A program made the position numbers and the translations under genes. Below the pieces are notes generated by a model. It ran no database searches. It saw nothing but the letters and a program-made list of their open reading frames with translations, and had not been told where the DNA came from. A stretch of DNA of 27,180 nucleotides from a candidate division WOR-3 bacterium (GTDB lineage: Bacteria > Hydrothermota > Tepidihabitantia > Tepidihabitantales > Tepidihabitantaceae): NCBI GenBank assembly GCA_965649295.1, contig CBFGKH010000016.1:1-27180 (forward strand). The letters run 5' to 3'. This document shows positions 1 to 8,637 of the stretch, in pieces. The first letter of the stretch is position 1. Each line of letters starts with the position of its first letter.

Positions 1-2687
1 GCCTCGATGTCGTACTTGTAGAAGTCGTAGGTGTTGTTGCCCTTCAGCACATAGACGAACCCGCCGCCGGTGGTGATGGCTGCGCCTTTGTTGACCGGCT
101 TGGTGCCAGCAGTGACGTCAGTGAGCTGAGTCCAGGTCGTCTCGACCGGGTTGTACTGCCAGAACTCATTCGTCTTGCCGCCCTTGATGGCATACATCAA
201 GCCTTTGTCGGCGTTGTAGGTGATGCCGCCGCCGTCCTTGACTGGTACACCGGTCAGCGAGTCGGTGCGAGGATACCAACCTCTTGGTGAGCCGGTTGCG
301 GTTGTGAATCGCCAGACCGGTGATGGCGTGCTGCCGCCGGCATTCTTGGCTACGACCTGCCAGTAGTAGGTTGTAGCTGGTAGCAGGTCAGCGTAGCCCT
401 GACTTGTGCCAGCAGTCACTCCCAGCAGGGTGGTCGGCGCAGGATTTTGGTCGAGGTAGACATCGTAGGAGTCAGCACGGACAGCAGGTTCCCAGGTCAG
501 GTTGCCGCTAGTAGAAACGCCAGTCGCGTTATCCTCGGGTGAGAGTAGATTGAACTGGGCTGGAGCTTGGATTATCGTCACGAAGCTGTCAGTGGCCCAT
601 TCGCCCTCATTGCCGGCAAGGTCAACTCCGCGCACGCGCCAGTAGTAGCGCGTCAGGTATTGAAGGTCGGAAGAATGCTGGTATTCGGTGCCGACCGGCT
701 GAGCCTGGAACACAACGTCAGTGAACGCCGGGTCCCTGGCAACATCCAGGTCATAGTAGCTGATTGCAAACGACACCGGCTGCCAGACAAAAGTTGGCCG
801 CAAGGGCACACCACTAGCGTTCGGTGCCGGCGCGACAAGCACCGGCGCTGCCGGCGGAGTGGCATCAAGGTCAAACTCGGCAACAGCGCTCCAGTCGCCG
901 TTGATGCCGTGACTCTGGCCCCGCACGCGCCAGTAGAGATGGGTTTCGGGCAAAGGACTGGTGGTAACCGCTGCGCCGCTGATACCAGCTTGGGAGAAGA
1001 CAACCGTATTGAACCCATTGTCGGTTGCCACCTGAACCTCGTAGTTCTCAGCCGCGGCAAGCGGATTCCAACGCAGTTCCGGTGTCACTGTTCGAACCCA
1101 GCCGCTGTTTGGCGCAAGACCGGTAGGTGCACCCATTACCAGGAAGTTGCCCAGCACCGAGTCGTTGGCTGGGTTCGGGTCACCGAGTAATGTCTTAGCG
1201 ACCATCGTGTAGTAGCCGGGCGCGAGTGCGGGCGTTGAGACGAAGTTCACCGGCGTCGGCACATTCGGAGCAAGATCGGTCACATCCTGAACATCAACAT
1301 AGGGTGTTGTGCCCTGAATGGTGAAACGGGTCTGAAATGTCTCGTTCGCCGCGCCGTAGTTCTGGACAACCGCGGTGGGCACTACCGAACTACCCGGGGC
1401 CAGCAATGCCCAGTCAGCCGGGCTAGTAATCGCCACTACTCCGACATCGCTCACAGTCGGTGGCGCACCGTGCTTGTAGTACATCTCGGTAGGCGTTGGA
1501 CTATTGCGGCCATCAAGCCAAAGCACGTGGAGATGGTTATCAGCGTCGGCCTCGATTGACGGGTACTCACGTGTTCCCGGGCCATCGGTCAGTAGAACAT
1601 AGGGCTGCCACACACCGCTGGCGTCCCGTTCGCGGTAGATGAGCTCGGTCTTGCTCATACCGGTATACTGCCCGGGCCAGACCACATGGGCGAGGCCATC
1701 ACGCGAGCAGGCAATCTGCGGCGGTCCCTGGCTGATGGTGCTGCCGTATTCTGAAAGAGTATCACCAGGTGTCCAACCACTGGCAGTGCGGCGACTATGA
1801 ATAATCCGATACTGCGTACCGCTGCCTGTTGCCGAATACCCGCGCCAGACCGCCTCTGGTTCGTTGGTAACCGGGTTCACTGTGACGTTAGGGTACATCT
1901 GATGGCGAGTGGCGTTCGATACATTCTCCGGCGCTTGCCAAACCCCGCCAACGCGACGGATAGCCATCACATTGTAGTAGGTCTGGCCGCTTGCAAAGTA
2001 CCCATGGTAGATAACGCAGAGGTTGTTGTCCCGGCCGGCCGCAATCACCGGATAGACTTTGTATAGCGAATTGGTGGAGATGGTCTGCTCCGGCTGCCAG
2101 ACACCACCAATCCACTCGCGGTACTTGAAGACCGACGTGCCTTCTGCCCAGCAAGCGTGGACGTGGCCATCCGGTGTTGCTGCCAGTGTCGGACAGTCCT
2201 TGGTGCCGGCAGCAGTTGAGATAACCGTCGGCGTTGGTTCCCAGCCGCCATTGCCCGGACCGGTGGGCTGACACGAGATCACATAGACAAGGTTGGTCGA
2301 AGTGTTGATCCAGCTAACCCACACGCGGCCGGTCGAGTCCACGGCAATACTTGGGTAACGGTTGCTGGTGACACCGAGGTTGCTCAGCACGGTGTCGTTA
2401 GACCAACCGACGCCAGGGTTGTAACGCATGTAGCGCACCTGGAACGAATCGGCAACAACTGGTCGGGCATACCAGACGACATGAATCCGACCGTCTGGTC
2501 CGGGCGCGATGCGGCGCTGCTCAGCCCAGTAGCACCACTCGCTGAACGAGTTGTCGGTCAGCCTGACATCCGGGTCCCAGACTGCATCCTGGCCGGCAAG
2601 GGGTTGGGGCGCGGTTGGGGCAAGTGCTGCGCCCAGCGCACTTGTCGCCAGCAGGAGGACGATCATTACGGTCAGTTCAGTCTTCAC
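1..2687 (-). CDS. Large secreted modular protein, 3'-partial (at least 895 aa): signal peptide, BNR/propeller-like repeats, CARDB-like Ig domain, 3 FN3 domains, Kelch-like repeats
   Basis: Manually translated; not in the ORF track because it runs off the window. GTG at 2687 with SD AAGGAGG (2692-2698). MKTELTVMIVLLLATSALG signal; repeated PxIA-D/xG-VHVVW blades; DVGVVAITSP...VVQNYG...ND; YWRVRG/YYWRVRG/YYWQVVA FN3 motifs; VKDGGGITY...KGGKTNEFWQYNP and LKGNNTYDFYKY Kelch-like blades. Same frame at start codon and window edge. Confidence 0.9.
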   Translation of the reverse strand, partial: MKTELTVMIVLLLATSALGAALAPTAPQPLAGQDAVWDPDVRLTDNSFSEWCYWAEQRRIAPGPDGRIHVVWYARPVVADSFQVRYMRYNPGVGWSNDTVLSNLGVTSNRYPSIAVDSTGRVWVSWINTSTNLVYVISCQPTGPGNGGWEPTPTVISTAAGTKDCPTLAATPDGHVHACWAEGTSVFKYREWIGGVWQPEQTISTNSLYKVYPVIAAGRDNNLCVIYHGYFASGQTYYNVMAIRRVGGVWQAPENVSNATRHQMYPNVTVNPVTNEPEAVWRGYSATGSGTQYRIIHSRRTASGWTPGDTLSEYGSTISQGPPQIACSRDGLAHVVWPGQYTGMSKTELIYRERDASGVWQPYVLLTDGPGTREYPSIEADADNHLHVLWLDGRNSPTPTEMYYKHGAPPTVSDVGVVAITSPADWALLAPGSSVVPTAVVQNYGAANETFQTRFTIQGTTPYVDVQDVTDLAPNVPTPVNFVSTPALAPGYYTMVAKTLLGDPNPANDSVLGNFLVMGAPTGLAPNSGWVRTVTPELRWNPLAAAENYEVQVATDNGFNTVVFSQAGISGAAVTTSPLPETHLYWRVRGQSHGINGDWSAVAEFDLDATPPAAPVLVAPAPNASGVPLRPTFVWQPVSFAISYYDLDVARDPAFTDVVFQAQPVGTEYQHSSDLQYLTRYYWRVRGVDLAGNEGEWATDSFVTIIQAPAQFNLLSPEDNATGVSTSGNLTWEPAVRADSYDVYLDQNPAPTTLLGVTAGTSQGYADLLPATTYYWQVVAKNAGGSTPSPVWRFTTATGSPRGWYPRTDSLTGVPVKDGGGITYNADKGLMYAIKGGKTNEFWQYNPVETTWTQLTDVTAGTKPVNKGAAITTGGGFVYVLKGNNTYDFYKYDIE
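117..243 (-). repeat. Kelch-like cassette copy A (inverted repeat of 27054-27180)
   Basis: Reverse complement matches 27054-27180 at 125/127 nt; only difference is ACT CAG vs ACC AAG. Confidence 0.95.
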
Positions 2688-2783
2688 ATTACCTCCTTAG
2701 GTGTTCTTGGTCTATGTCCCAGCGTAGCCAGCGGCAAAGCGACAACCTGCCGAAGCTAGTGCCGATGGTTGGGCGGGTGAGTA

Positions 2784-2812
2784 ATGATGCGGCAGCACCG
2801 CAAATCTGTCAA
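2784..2812 (-). promoter_or_regulatory. Putative sigma70 promoter for the large secreted protein
   Basis: TTGACA (2807-2812), 17 nt, CATCAT (2784-2789) on the minus strand, about 100 nt upstream of the GTG; weak -10. Confidence 0.45.
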
Positions 2813-2893
2813 TAGTCATTCTGTCCTGGCTCGAGGACCGGCAGCAGGATAGGGACCTGCCAGTTTCAGGGCCGATCGGCCTAAGTCTCTTGA

Positions 2894-2915
2894 TTGCACC
2901 TTTTTTAGGGTGCAA
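2894..2915. promoter_or_regulatory. Inverted repeat, possible transcription factor site
   Basis: TTGCACC-N8-GGTGCAA in the divergent intergenic region. Confidence 0.3.
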
Positions 2916-3279
2916 AGCCAAACTGACGAGAGAGGCGCTAACCGCAGCTCCTACAGCAAGATGGCGGACTGCTCCTGAAAATACCTCCCCCGTCCCCGGG
3001 ATTGCCTCCATAGGTCTAGGGCCGAGTGCTGGCAAGGGCCATGCTCGATGAGGTTGGTGATAAGTGTCGAGCTGTGCTGGGTAAAGAGTTTGCAGAGGTG
3101 ATGGTTAGGCTACTTGCCGCCGGGCCAGGCAAATAGCTTCGAGGCTGGCCTGCCACAGTACGCTGCCAAGGGTTGCTGGGTCGGCTGGGCAGTACCTAGC
3201 TAGCAGGCAGTGGCCTTTGGCTTACTACCGTCCGCCTACTACTGCTGGCTGAAACCATTGCCACTGATTCGCTGGTGGC

Positions 3280-3307
3280 TTGACTCGGGAAGGCACTGGC
3301 CTATAGT
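3280..3307 (+). promoter_or_regulatory. sigma70 promoter of the response regulator
   Basis: TTGACT (3280-3285), 16 nt, TATAGT (3302-3307); GTG follows at 3316 with no SD. Confidence 0.7.
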
Positions 3308-3315
3308 TGACGCTA

Positions 3316-4704
3316 GTGGCAAAACCGCTCGTTTTTGTGGTTGATGACGAACCGTTGGTGGCCAAGGCCGCGGCAATGGCCCTGACTGCGGCCGGCTATG
3401 AGGTGCGCACCTACAGCAAGGGCAGTGATGCAGTAGCAGTGGTGAAAGTCAAGCCACCGCAAGCAGTGCTGCTCGACCTGATGCTTGACGACATTGACGG
3501 ACTGGCAGCATTGCGGGAGATGAAAGCGGCCGCAGCCGACATGCCGGTGGTGATGATGTCAGGCAAGGGGACGATCAGCACCGCGGTCGAGGCGATGCGG
3601 CTGGGCGCGTATGATTTCCTGGAGAAACCAGTCGAGCCGGCACGGGTGCAGGCAACCATCCGGCGGGCGCTGGAACAGCAGGAACTGGCCCGGCAGGTCT
3701 CGTCGTTGCGGCGCGAGCTGGCCGACCAGTATCTGATGGTGGGACGGTCAGCCGCACTGGCGGCGGTGCGTGACACCATCAGCCGGGTTGCACCGACCCG
3801 AGCCAGTGTGCTTATCACCGGCGAAAGTGGGGTAGGCAAGGAACTGGTGGCGCGGGCCCTGCACCTGGGCAGCGACCGAGCTGCAGCACCGTTCGTTACT
3901 CTCAACTGTGCTGCAATCCCGAAGGAGCTGATTGAGAGCGAACTGTTCGGTCACGAGCGAGGGGCGTTTACCGGCGCCCAGACCAGCCGCAAGGGTAAAC
4001 TCGAACAGGCTGACGGCGGCACCTGCTTTCTGGATGAGATTGGTGACATGAGCCTGGCCGCCCAGTCGAAGCTCCTGCGGTTTCTTGAGAATGCCGAAGT
4101 GCAGCGCATTGGCCGGAACGAGGCAACGGTAGTTGACGTGCGGGTGATTGCCGCAACCAACAAGAACTTGCCTGAGGCGGTCCGGGCTGGTACGTTCCGC
4201 GAGGACCTCTATCACCGCCTGAACGTTGTTACGATTGACGTGCCGCCATTGCGGCGGCGACCAGACGATATCGAGCCGCTGGCCCGGCACTTCCTTGCGC
4301 GATTCTGTGCCCAGCACAACCGGTCAGTCGAGTTTGGCCCGGGCTGCAGCGAAGTGCTCCGGTCCCACTCCTGGCCGGGCAATGTTCGCGAGTTGCGTAA
4401 CGTCATTGAGCGAACCGTAGTGCTGGCACGCAGTAACCCGGTCAATGCCGATGAGCTACGTTGCTTCATCACGAGCACACCAGCATCGGCCTGCGGTTCA
4501 ACACTAGCCGCGGCAATTAGACGGGCTGAACAGGAAGCGGTGGAGTCAGCAATCAGCCTAAGCGGCGGCAATTTTACCGAGGCTGCTCGGATTCTTGATA
4601 TCGAACGGGCGAGTCTCTACCGAATAATGAAAAGGTTGGGAATCGACAGAAATCAGGGCCGGCATGACGGCAACGCCGAAATCTGCAGGCCACAAACCGA
4701 CTGA
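3316..4704 (+). CDS. sigma54-dependent response regulator (NtrC/AtoC/ZraR family; REC-AAA+-Fis HTH)
   Basis: VVDDE...LLDL receiver; GESGVGKE Walker A; ESELFGHERGAFTGA; FLDEIGDM; FREDLYHRLNV; WPGNVRELRN; C-terminal HTH. Start moved from TTG 3307 (overlaps the -10 box) to GTG 3316. Confidence 0.95.
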   Translation: MAKPLVFVVDDEPLVAKAAAMALTAAGYEVRTYSKGSDAVAVVKVKPPQAVLLDLMLDDIDGLAALREMKAAAADMPVVMMSGKGTISTAVEAMRLGAYDFLEKPVEPARVQATIRRALEQQELARQVSSLRRELADQYLMVGRSAALAAVRDTISRVAPTRASVLITGESGVGKELVARALHLGSDRAAAPFVTLNCAAIPKELIESELFGHERGAFTGAQTSRKGKLEQADGGTCFLDEIGDMSLAAQSKLLRFLENAEVQRIGRNEATVVDVRVIAATNKNLPEAVRAGTFREDLYHRLNVVTIDVPPLRRRPDDIEPLARHFLARFCAQHNRSVEFGPGCSEVLRSHSWPGNVRELRNVIERTVVLARSNPVNADELRCFITSTPASACGSTLAAAIRRAEQEAVESAISLSGGNFTEAARILDIERASLYRIMKRLGIDRNQGRHDGNAEICRPQTD

Positions 4705-4824
4705 TAACGAAGCCATCCTAAGACTGCCATCACCGTATCTCAGCGGTAACGCCCAGTAACCGAAAAGCAACAATCATCTCGCCGCCAGTACTACTAAGTG
4801 ACGTAGAATCGGCATATCAATTGC

Positions 4825-4840
4825 TGGCACGGCTGTTGCA
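4825..4840 (+). promoter_or_regulatory. sigma54 (-24/-12) promoter
   Basis: TGGCACGGCTGTTGCA matches the TGGCACG-N4-TTGCW consensus; 120 nt downstream of the activator gene; predicted +1 near 4851. Confidence 0.85.
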
Positions 4841-4849
4841 ACTGCGGGA

Positions 4850-5155
4850 CTGGTGCCGGTGGTTGATTCTGGAGACCACGGCCGGTTAGGGGTGGAGAGC
4901 AAGAGCCGCGAGGGCGTAGCTCAGTCCCATGTCTACTCGGCGTCGGCAGCCGCGGGTGCATCCAGCAATGCATCACTCGCAGCCTCCCTGGGTGCGCCAT
5001 GCCGCTGCCGACGCTGAGAGAGATAGCTGAGCTTCGAGAACAGCATCGGCACCAGCTACGTCAGGCAAACGGGGATGCCTGGCCAGATACCGTCCAGTAT
5101 GGGACAGGGGACGGCACAAGCACACGAGCAGGGGCGTAATACGCGCCCCTGCTCG
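4850..5155 (+). ncRNA. Putative sigma54-dependent structured ncRNA, family not recognised
   Basis: Nested helices 4850-4861/5044-5055 (12 bp), 4918-4924/5027-5033 (7 bp), 4936-4950/5004-5018 (15 bp), 4955-4965/4988-4998 (11 bp); all non-Watson-Crick pairs are G-U on the + strand; begins at the predicted +1; ends at hairpin 5125-5155; no credible ORF. Confidence 0.65.
5125..5155 (+). terminator. GC-rich hairpin, probable 3' end of the ncRNA
   Basis: CGAGCAGGGGCG-taatacg-CGCCCCTGCTCG, 12-bp perfect stem; no U tract. Confidence 0.55.
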
Positions 5156-5181
5156 GACTAACAGCCGCCGACTATTGCCGC

Positions 5182-5209
5182 TTGACGCCCGAGAGCCAGT
5201 TCCTATAAT
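5182..5209 (+). promoter_or_regulatory. sigma70 promoter, probably leaderless transcript
   Basis: TTGACG, 16 nt, TATAAT, then 5 nt to GTG 5215; no SD. Confidence 0.8.
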
Positions 5210-5214
5210 CGGGC

Positions 5215-6051
5215 GTGCATCAAGACAAGAGGGTCCAGCAGCGGCTGGGCCTTCAACTGCTTTTTGACTTCGACGACATTACTGACGCAATCGAGTATGC
5301 AGCGGCCAACGGCTTTGCGGTGCTCGAGCTGAACCTCGGCAATCTGAACTTCAGCCGCCAACTGGCAACCATCATTGGCCGCCGACGAGTGCGGCAGGCT
5401 GCTAGCCGGGCCGGCATCACGCTCTGCCTGCACGCGATTGACGGCCCTTCGTTCTTTGTACCGAGTGACCGAGTGCGACGGTGCGCGGTACAGGAACTGC
5501 GGCGTCAACTCGACTGGGCTGCGGGAATCGGTGCTGCCAATCTCGTCTGCCATCTTGGGTTTGATATGAACTTCGGGATGGACGGCGGTCGGCGTTATAC
5601 CCACGAGGAGTTCCCCAGTTACTACCGGCGCGGCATTGCCGAGGCGCTCGCTGAGCTGAAAGCCCATGCTCGCGGTCGGGCCCGGCTCTGCATCGAGAAC
5701 GTTGGTGGATTCCGTTATGAGCTAGTGTTGCCGATCGTCCAGCGACTGCTGGGCGGAAGTCTCGGGCTCTGTCTTGACATCGGTCATCTTAATATTCTAC
5801 CGCCGGCCCAGCGCCGGCAGGAGCTCCGTTTCTTTCGTCGCAATTCGCGGCACATCTTTCACAGTCACGTCCACGACAACGCTGGTCAGCGTGATGAGCA
5901 CCGGGCCCTAGGCACGGGCCGGATTGATTTTCTGCCGTTCTTTCGGCTGTTGGCCCGAACCCCGGCGCTCATCGTCTTTGAGGTCCGGCCGAAAGAGGCG
6001 GCGCTACAGAGCCGCGACTATTTCCTGCGTGAGGTTGCGCCGAAGCTGTGA
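5215..6051 (+). CDS. Sugar phosphate isomerase/epimerase family TIM barrel (AP endonuclease 2-like)
   Basis: Metal-ligand motifs LCIEN, LCLDIGH, HSHVHDN, DEHRALGTG, FEV. Confidence 0.85.
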   Translation: MHQDKRVQQRLGLQLLFDFDDITDAIEYAAANGFAVLELNLGNLNFSRQLATIIGRRRVRQAASRAGITLCLHAIDGPSFFVPSDRVRRCAVQELRRQLDWAAGIGAANLVCHLGFDMNFGMDGGRRYTHEEFPSYYRRGIAEALAELKAHARGRARLCIENVGGFRYELVLPIVQRLLGGSLGLCLDIGHLNILPPAQRRQELRFFRRNSRHIFHSHVHDNAGQRDEHRALGTGRIDFLPFFRLLARTPALIVFEVRPKEAALQSRDYFLREVAPKL

Positions 6052-7011
6052 ATGAAAGCTCTTGTCACCGGCGCCAGCGGCTTCATTGGGTCGCACCTCT
6101 GCGACCTGTTGCTCGCCCACGGCCACCAGGTGCGCGGCCTCGTCCGTCGAACCAGCAACCAGCAGTGGTTGCAAGGCAAGGATGTCGAGCTGTGCTATGG
6201 CGAACTGCGCGACCGTCAGTCCCTGCAAACGGCCGTGGCCGGAATGGACTGGGTTTTCCACGTTGCGGCGACGCTGCGGCCTCGGCGGATTGCCGATTTT
6301 CTGCGAGTGAACTATCAGGGCACGAAAGTGCTTGCCCAGGCAGCCAGCGCTGCCGGCGTGCAACGGTTCGTCCTTTTTTCAAGTGCGGCGGCCGGCGGTC
6401 CAGCCCCCAGCCCGAAAGGGCAGATTTGCGAAGAACAGGAGCCACGTCCGGTTACTGTCTATGGTCGGGGCAAGTTGCGTGCCGAACAGGCGCTCATCGG
6501 CTGGCGCGACCAGCTCCACTCGGTCATCCTGCGGTTCCCGGCAGTGTACGGACCGCGGGACCGGGACGTCTTGATGCTATTGCGGGCCATCAAGCGCGGC
6601 ATCCTGCCCGAGTTCGGTGGCACATTCTCGCTCGTCTATGTGGCCGATGCCGTGCGGGCCGCACTGCTGGCCGTCGAAAAGCCGGTGCCTTCCGGCTCGG
6701 TTTACTACATCAGCGACGGCGCCTGCCACAGCTATGCCGAGCTGGCAGCGCTGGCTGGGCGATTGCTCGGTCGGCGGCCGTTGCGGATTCGCGTTCTCCC
6801 GTGGGCGCTGCTGGCTGCTGGCTGGCTGAGCGAGCGGGTGACAAGGGACGGTGCAATCTTCAACCGGGACAAGGCACGGGAACTGGCGCAGCCTTGCTGG
6901 GTCTGCTCAATCGCCAAGGCGCGTCAGGAACTCGGCTATGAGGCAGAATACTCACTCGAAAGGGGCATGAGTGAAACATTCCGCTGGTATCAGGAGCAGG
7001 GATGGCTATGA
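6052..7011 (+). CDS. NAD-dependent epimerase/dehydratase (extended SDR); ceramide-reductase-like candidate
   Basis: TGASGFIGS Rossmann motif; YGRGK catalytic YxxxK; VYGPRD; C-terminal KARQELGY...WYQEQGWL. Abuts the upstream stop. Confidence 0.9.
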   Translation: MKALVTGASGFIGSHLCDLLLAHGHQVRGLVRRTSNQQWLQGKDVELCYGELRDRQSLQTAVAGMDWVFHVAATLRPRRIADFLRVNYQGTKVLAQAASAAGVQRFVLFSSAAAGGPAPSPKGQICEEQEPRPVTVYGRGKLRAEQALIGWRDQLHSVILRFPAVYGPRDRDVLMLLRAIKRGILPEFGGTFSLVYVADAVRAALLAVEKPVPSGSVYYISDGACHSYAELAALAGRLLGRRPLRIRVLPWALLAAGWLSERVTRDGAIFNRDKARELAQPCWVCSIAKARQELGYEAEYSLERGMSETFRWYQEQGWL

Positions 7012-7325
7012 AGGCTAGCCGCACGCTGGAACGGCTGGAGCGGCAGTGCCGCGAATTGGGAGTCCGGCTCATCTACGACGACCTGCGCAGCGAGGGTGGG
7101 CTTTGTCGCCTGCGCGACTGTTATTACATTATTATCAATCGCCGGGCCGCCATCGAGACACGCATCCGCATCATCTCCGAAGCGTTGGTGCGGGTCGAAC
7201 AACGGCCGGTCCGGCCGGCGGAAGCTACGACCGAACCAACAGCCACCGCGACCGAGTCGGCTGCGACAGCACCAATGCCAGAACCACCGCCAGGGCCGCT
7301 CGTCGAGGTGCCGACACAGAAGTAG
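7008..7325 (+). CDS. Hypothetical protein with Pro/Thr/Ala-rich tail
   Basis: ATGA overlap with the upstream stop; LGVRLIYDDLRSEGGLCRL...IIINRR core; followed by a terminator-like palindrome. Confidence 0.75.
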   Translation: MKASRTLERLERQCRELGVRLIYDDLRSEGGLCRLRDCYYIIINRRAAIETRIRIISEALVRVEQRPVRPAEATTEPTATATESAATAPMPEPPPGPLVEVPTQK

Positions 7326-7343
7326 CATTCGGTTGCAAGCGTT

Positions 7344-7371
7344 GCGGGGCGGGTCAATTGACCCGCCCCGC
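7344..7371. terminator. Perfect 28-nt palindrome between convergent operons (bidirectional terminator candidate)
   Basis: GCGGGGCGGGTCAA|TTGACCCGCCCCGC between stops at 7325 and 7387. Confidence 0.75.
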
Positions 7372-7386
7372 CTGATTTCTTGTGAA

Positions 7387-7890
7387 CTAGGCAATCTTGA
7401 GGAAGTGTTCTTTCTTTGCCTTGCAGATAGGACACTGGTCAGGAGCGCTGTCATAGACCGTGTTGCCGCAGACATCACAGACAAAGACGTCACGGTGGGG
7501 CAGGTCCCGGCCTTCCTCGATGGCCAGCAGGGCTTCGGAGTAGAGGTCGTGGTGAATCTTCTCAACCGCGAGGGCAAAGCGGAAGCTTGTCGCAGCGGCG
7601 TTGTTCTTCTCATCTTCGGCAATCTTTAGGAACTCGGGATACATAGCGACGAACTCGTGGTGTTCGCCGGCGATTGCGGTCTTGACGTTCTCCTTCGTCT
7701 CTTTGACTCCGCCCATAACCCGTAGGTGGGCAAGGGCATGAACGGTCTCGGCTTCGGCGGCGGCGCGAAAGAGCCGGGCGACGTTGACAAAGCCTTCCTG
7801 TTCGGCCTTCTTGGCAAAGGCGAGGTAGCGGCGGTTGGCTTGGCTTTCGCCGGCAAAGGCGGCCTGGAGGTTGTCTTGGGTGTTGGCCAT
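7387..7890 (-). CDS. rbr: Rubrerythrin
   Basis: NLQAAFAGESQANRRY; ETVH and EKIH diiron ligands; C-terminal rubredoxin CDVCG...CPIC. Confidence 0.95.
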   Translation of the reverse strand: MANTQDNLQAAFAGESQANRRYLAFAKKAEQEGFVNVARLFRAAAEAETVHALAHLRVMGGVKETKENVKTAIAGEHHEFVAMYPEFLKIAEDEKNNAAATSFRFALAVEKIHHDLYSEALLAIEEGRDLPHRDVFVCDVCGNTVYDSAPDQCPICKAKKEHFLKIA

Positions 7891-7902
7891 AGTGGTTCCT
7901 TT

Positions 7903-8634
7903 CTATTTGTCCTCTATTTGAGCGAGCAATCTTCTGGCTTCGGGCTTGTCATCAAGTTCGGCGTCAGCCGGATAGCGGGGATTGGCTGTCGCGAGCAGGG
8001 CGTTCAACTGCGCTCGGGCTGTCACCCAGCGCTGCTGGCGGATGTAAACCTTGGCTAGGTCGAGACGGAGCAGGGTGTAGTTGGGGTCAGCAGCAATGCC
8101 GCGCTTGAGATACTCTTCGGACTTGTCGAGGCTGCCGCCAGCGAATCCGGGCAGCTCATAGTAAAGGACGCCGAAGGCATCGAGCGCAGTCGGATGCCGA
8201 GGGTCTAACTCGAGTGCCCGGCTAAACGCGCGTTTTAGGTCTGGGACCATAAAGAGCGAATTGAGTACGCCCCGGGTCTGCCCGATGCGCCCTTGCGCAA
8301 CTCCCCACCAGCACCAGGCATCGGCGTTCCGGTCGTTATAGCTGCGCAAGGTCTCGGCCAGCGCCTTAGCCTTGGCATAGAGCTCAAGCTTGCGGGGCTT
8401 GGATTGGGCATCGTCGCCAAGCTGGATGTGGATACGGGACCAGAGATAGCGTCCACGTTCGTGGCGCGGCTCGGTGCGATTCAGCTCCGCTAGCAGGCCA
8501 TAGGCCGAGTCAAGCCAGGTTCGGTTCAGGTGGCGGTGGAAGAGCAGGTATTCGGCCCGGTCGCAGATGGAGTCGGCGTTAGCAGCGGCTAGCGCGACGG
8601 TAGCAACGGCCAGCAAAGCTAGTAGCTGCTTCAT
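7903..8634 (-). CDS. Secreted TPR-repeat protein
   Basis: Signal peptide MKQLLALLAVATVALA; TPR-like helices RALELDP, GVLYYELPGFAGG, ADPNY. Confidence 0.85.
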   Translation of the reverse strand: MKQLLALLAVATVALAAANADSICDRAEYLLFHRHLNRTWLDSAYGLLAELNRTEPRHERGRYLWSRIHIQLGDDAQSKPRKLELYAKAKALAETLRSYNDRNADAWCWWGVAQGRIGQTRGVLNSLFMVPDLKRAFSRALELDPRHPTALDAFGVLYYELPGFAGGSLDKSEEYLKRGIAADPNYTLLRLDLAKVYIRQQRWVTARAQLNALLATANPRYPADAELDDKPEARRLLAQIEDK

Positions 8635-8637
8635 CCT

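Noticed and set aside
4846..4929. tRNA-like element (GGGACTG/CAGTCCC stem ending CCCA)
   Set aside because: No TTCRA T-loop, D-arm or anticodon arm geometry; kept only as an alternative fold.
4929..5030. 33-codon + strand ORF (and the 68-aa minus ORF 4794-5000) within the structured region
   Set aside because: No SD, buried in the helices, no recognisable protein features.
4850..5055. Retron msr-msd, 6S RNA or glycine riboswitch as identity of the structured RNA
   Set aside because: No reverse transcriptase in the window; the internal loop is strongly asymmetric, unlike the 6S bubble; the glycine aptamer CTCTCAGG core is missing. Needs Rfam for formal exclusion.
6048..6941. 297-aa ORF overlapping the epimerase, and similar ORFs (567-1190, 17956-18855, 22034-22723)
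   Set aside because: Alternative-frame or antisense overlaps of well-supported genes; no recognisable motifs.
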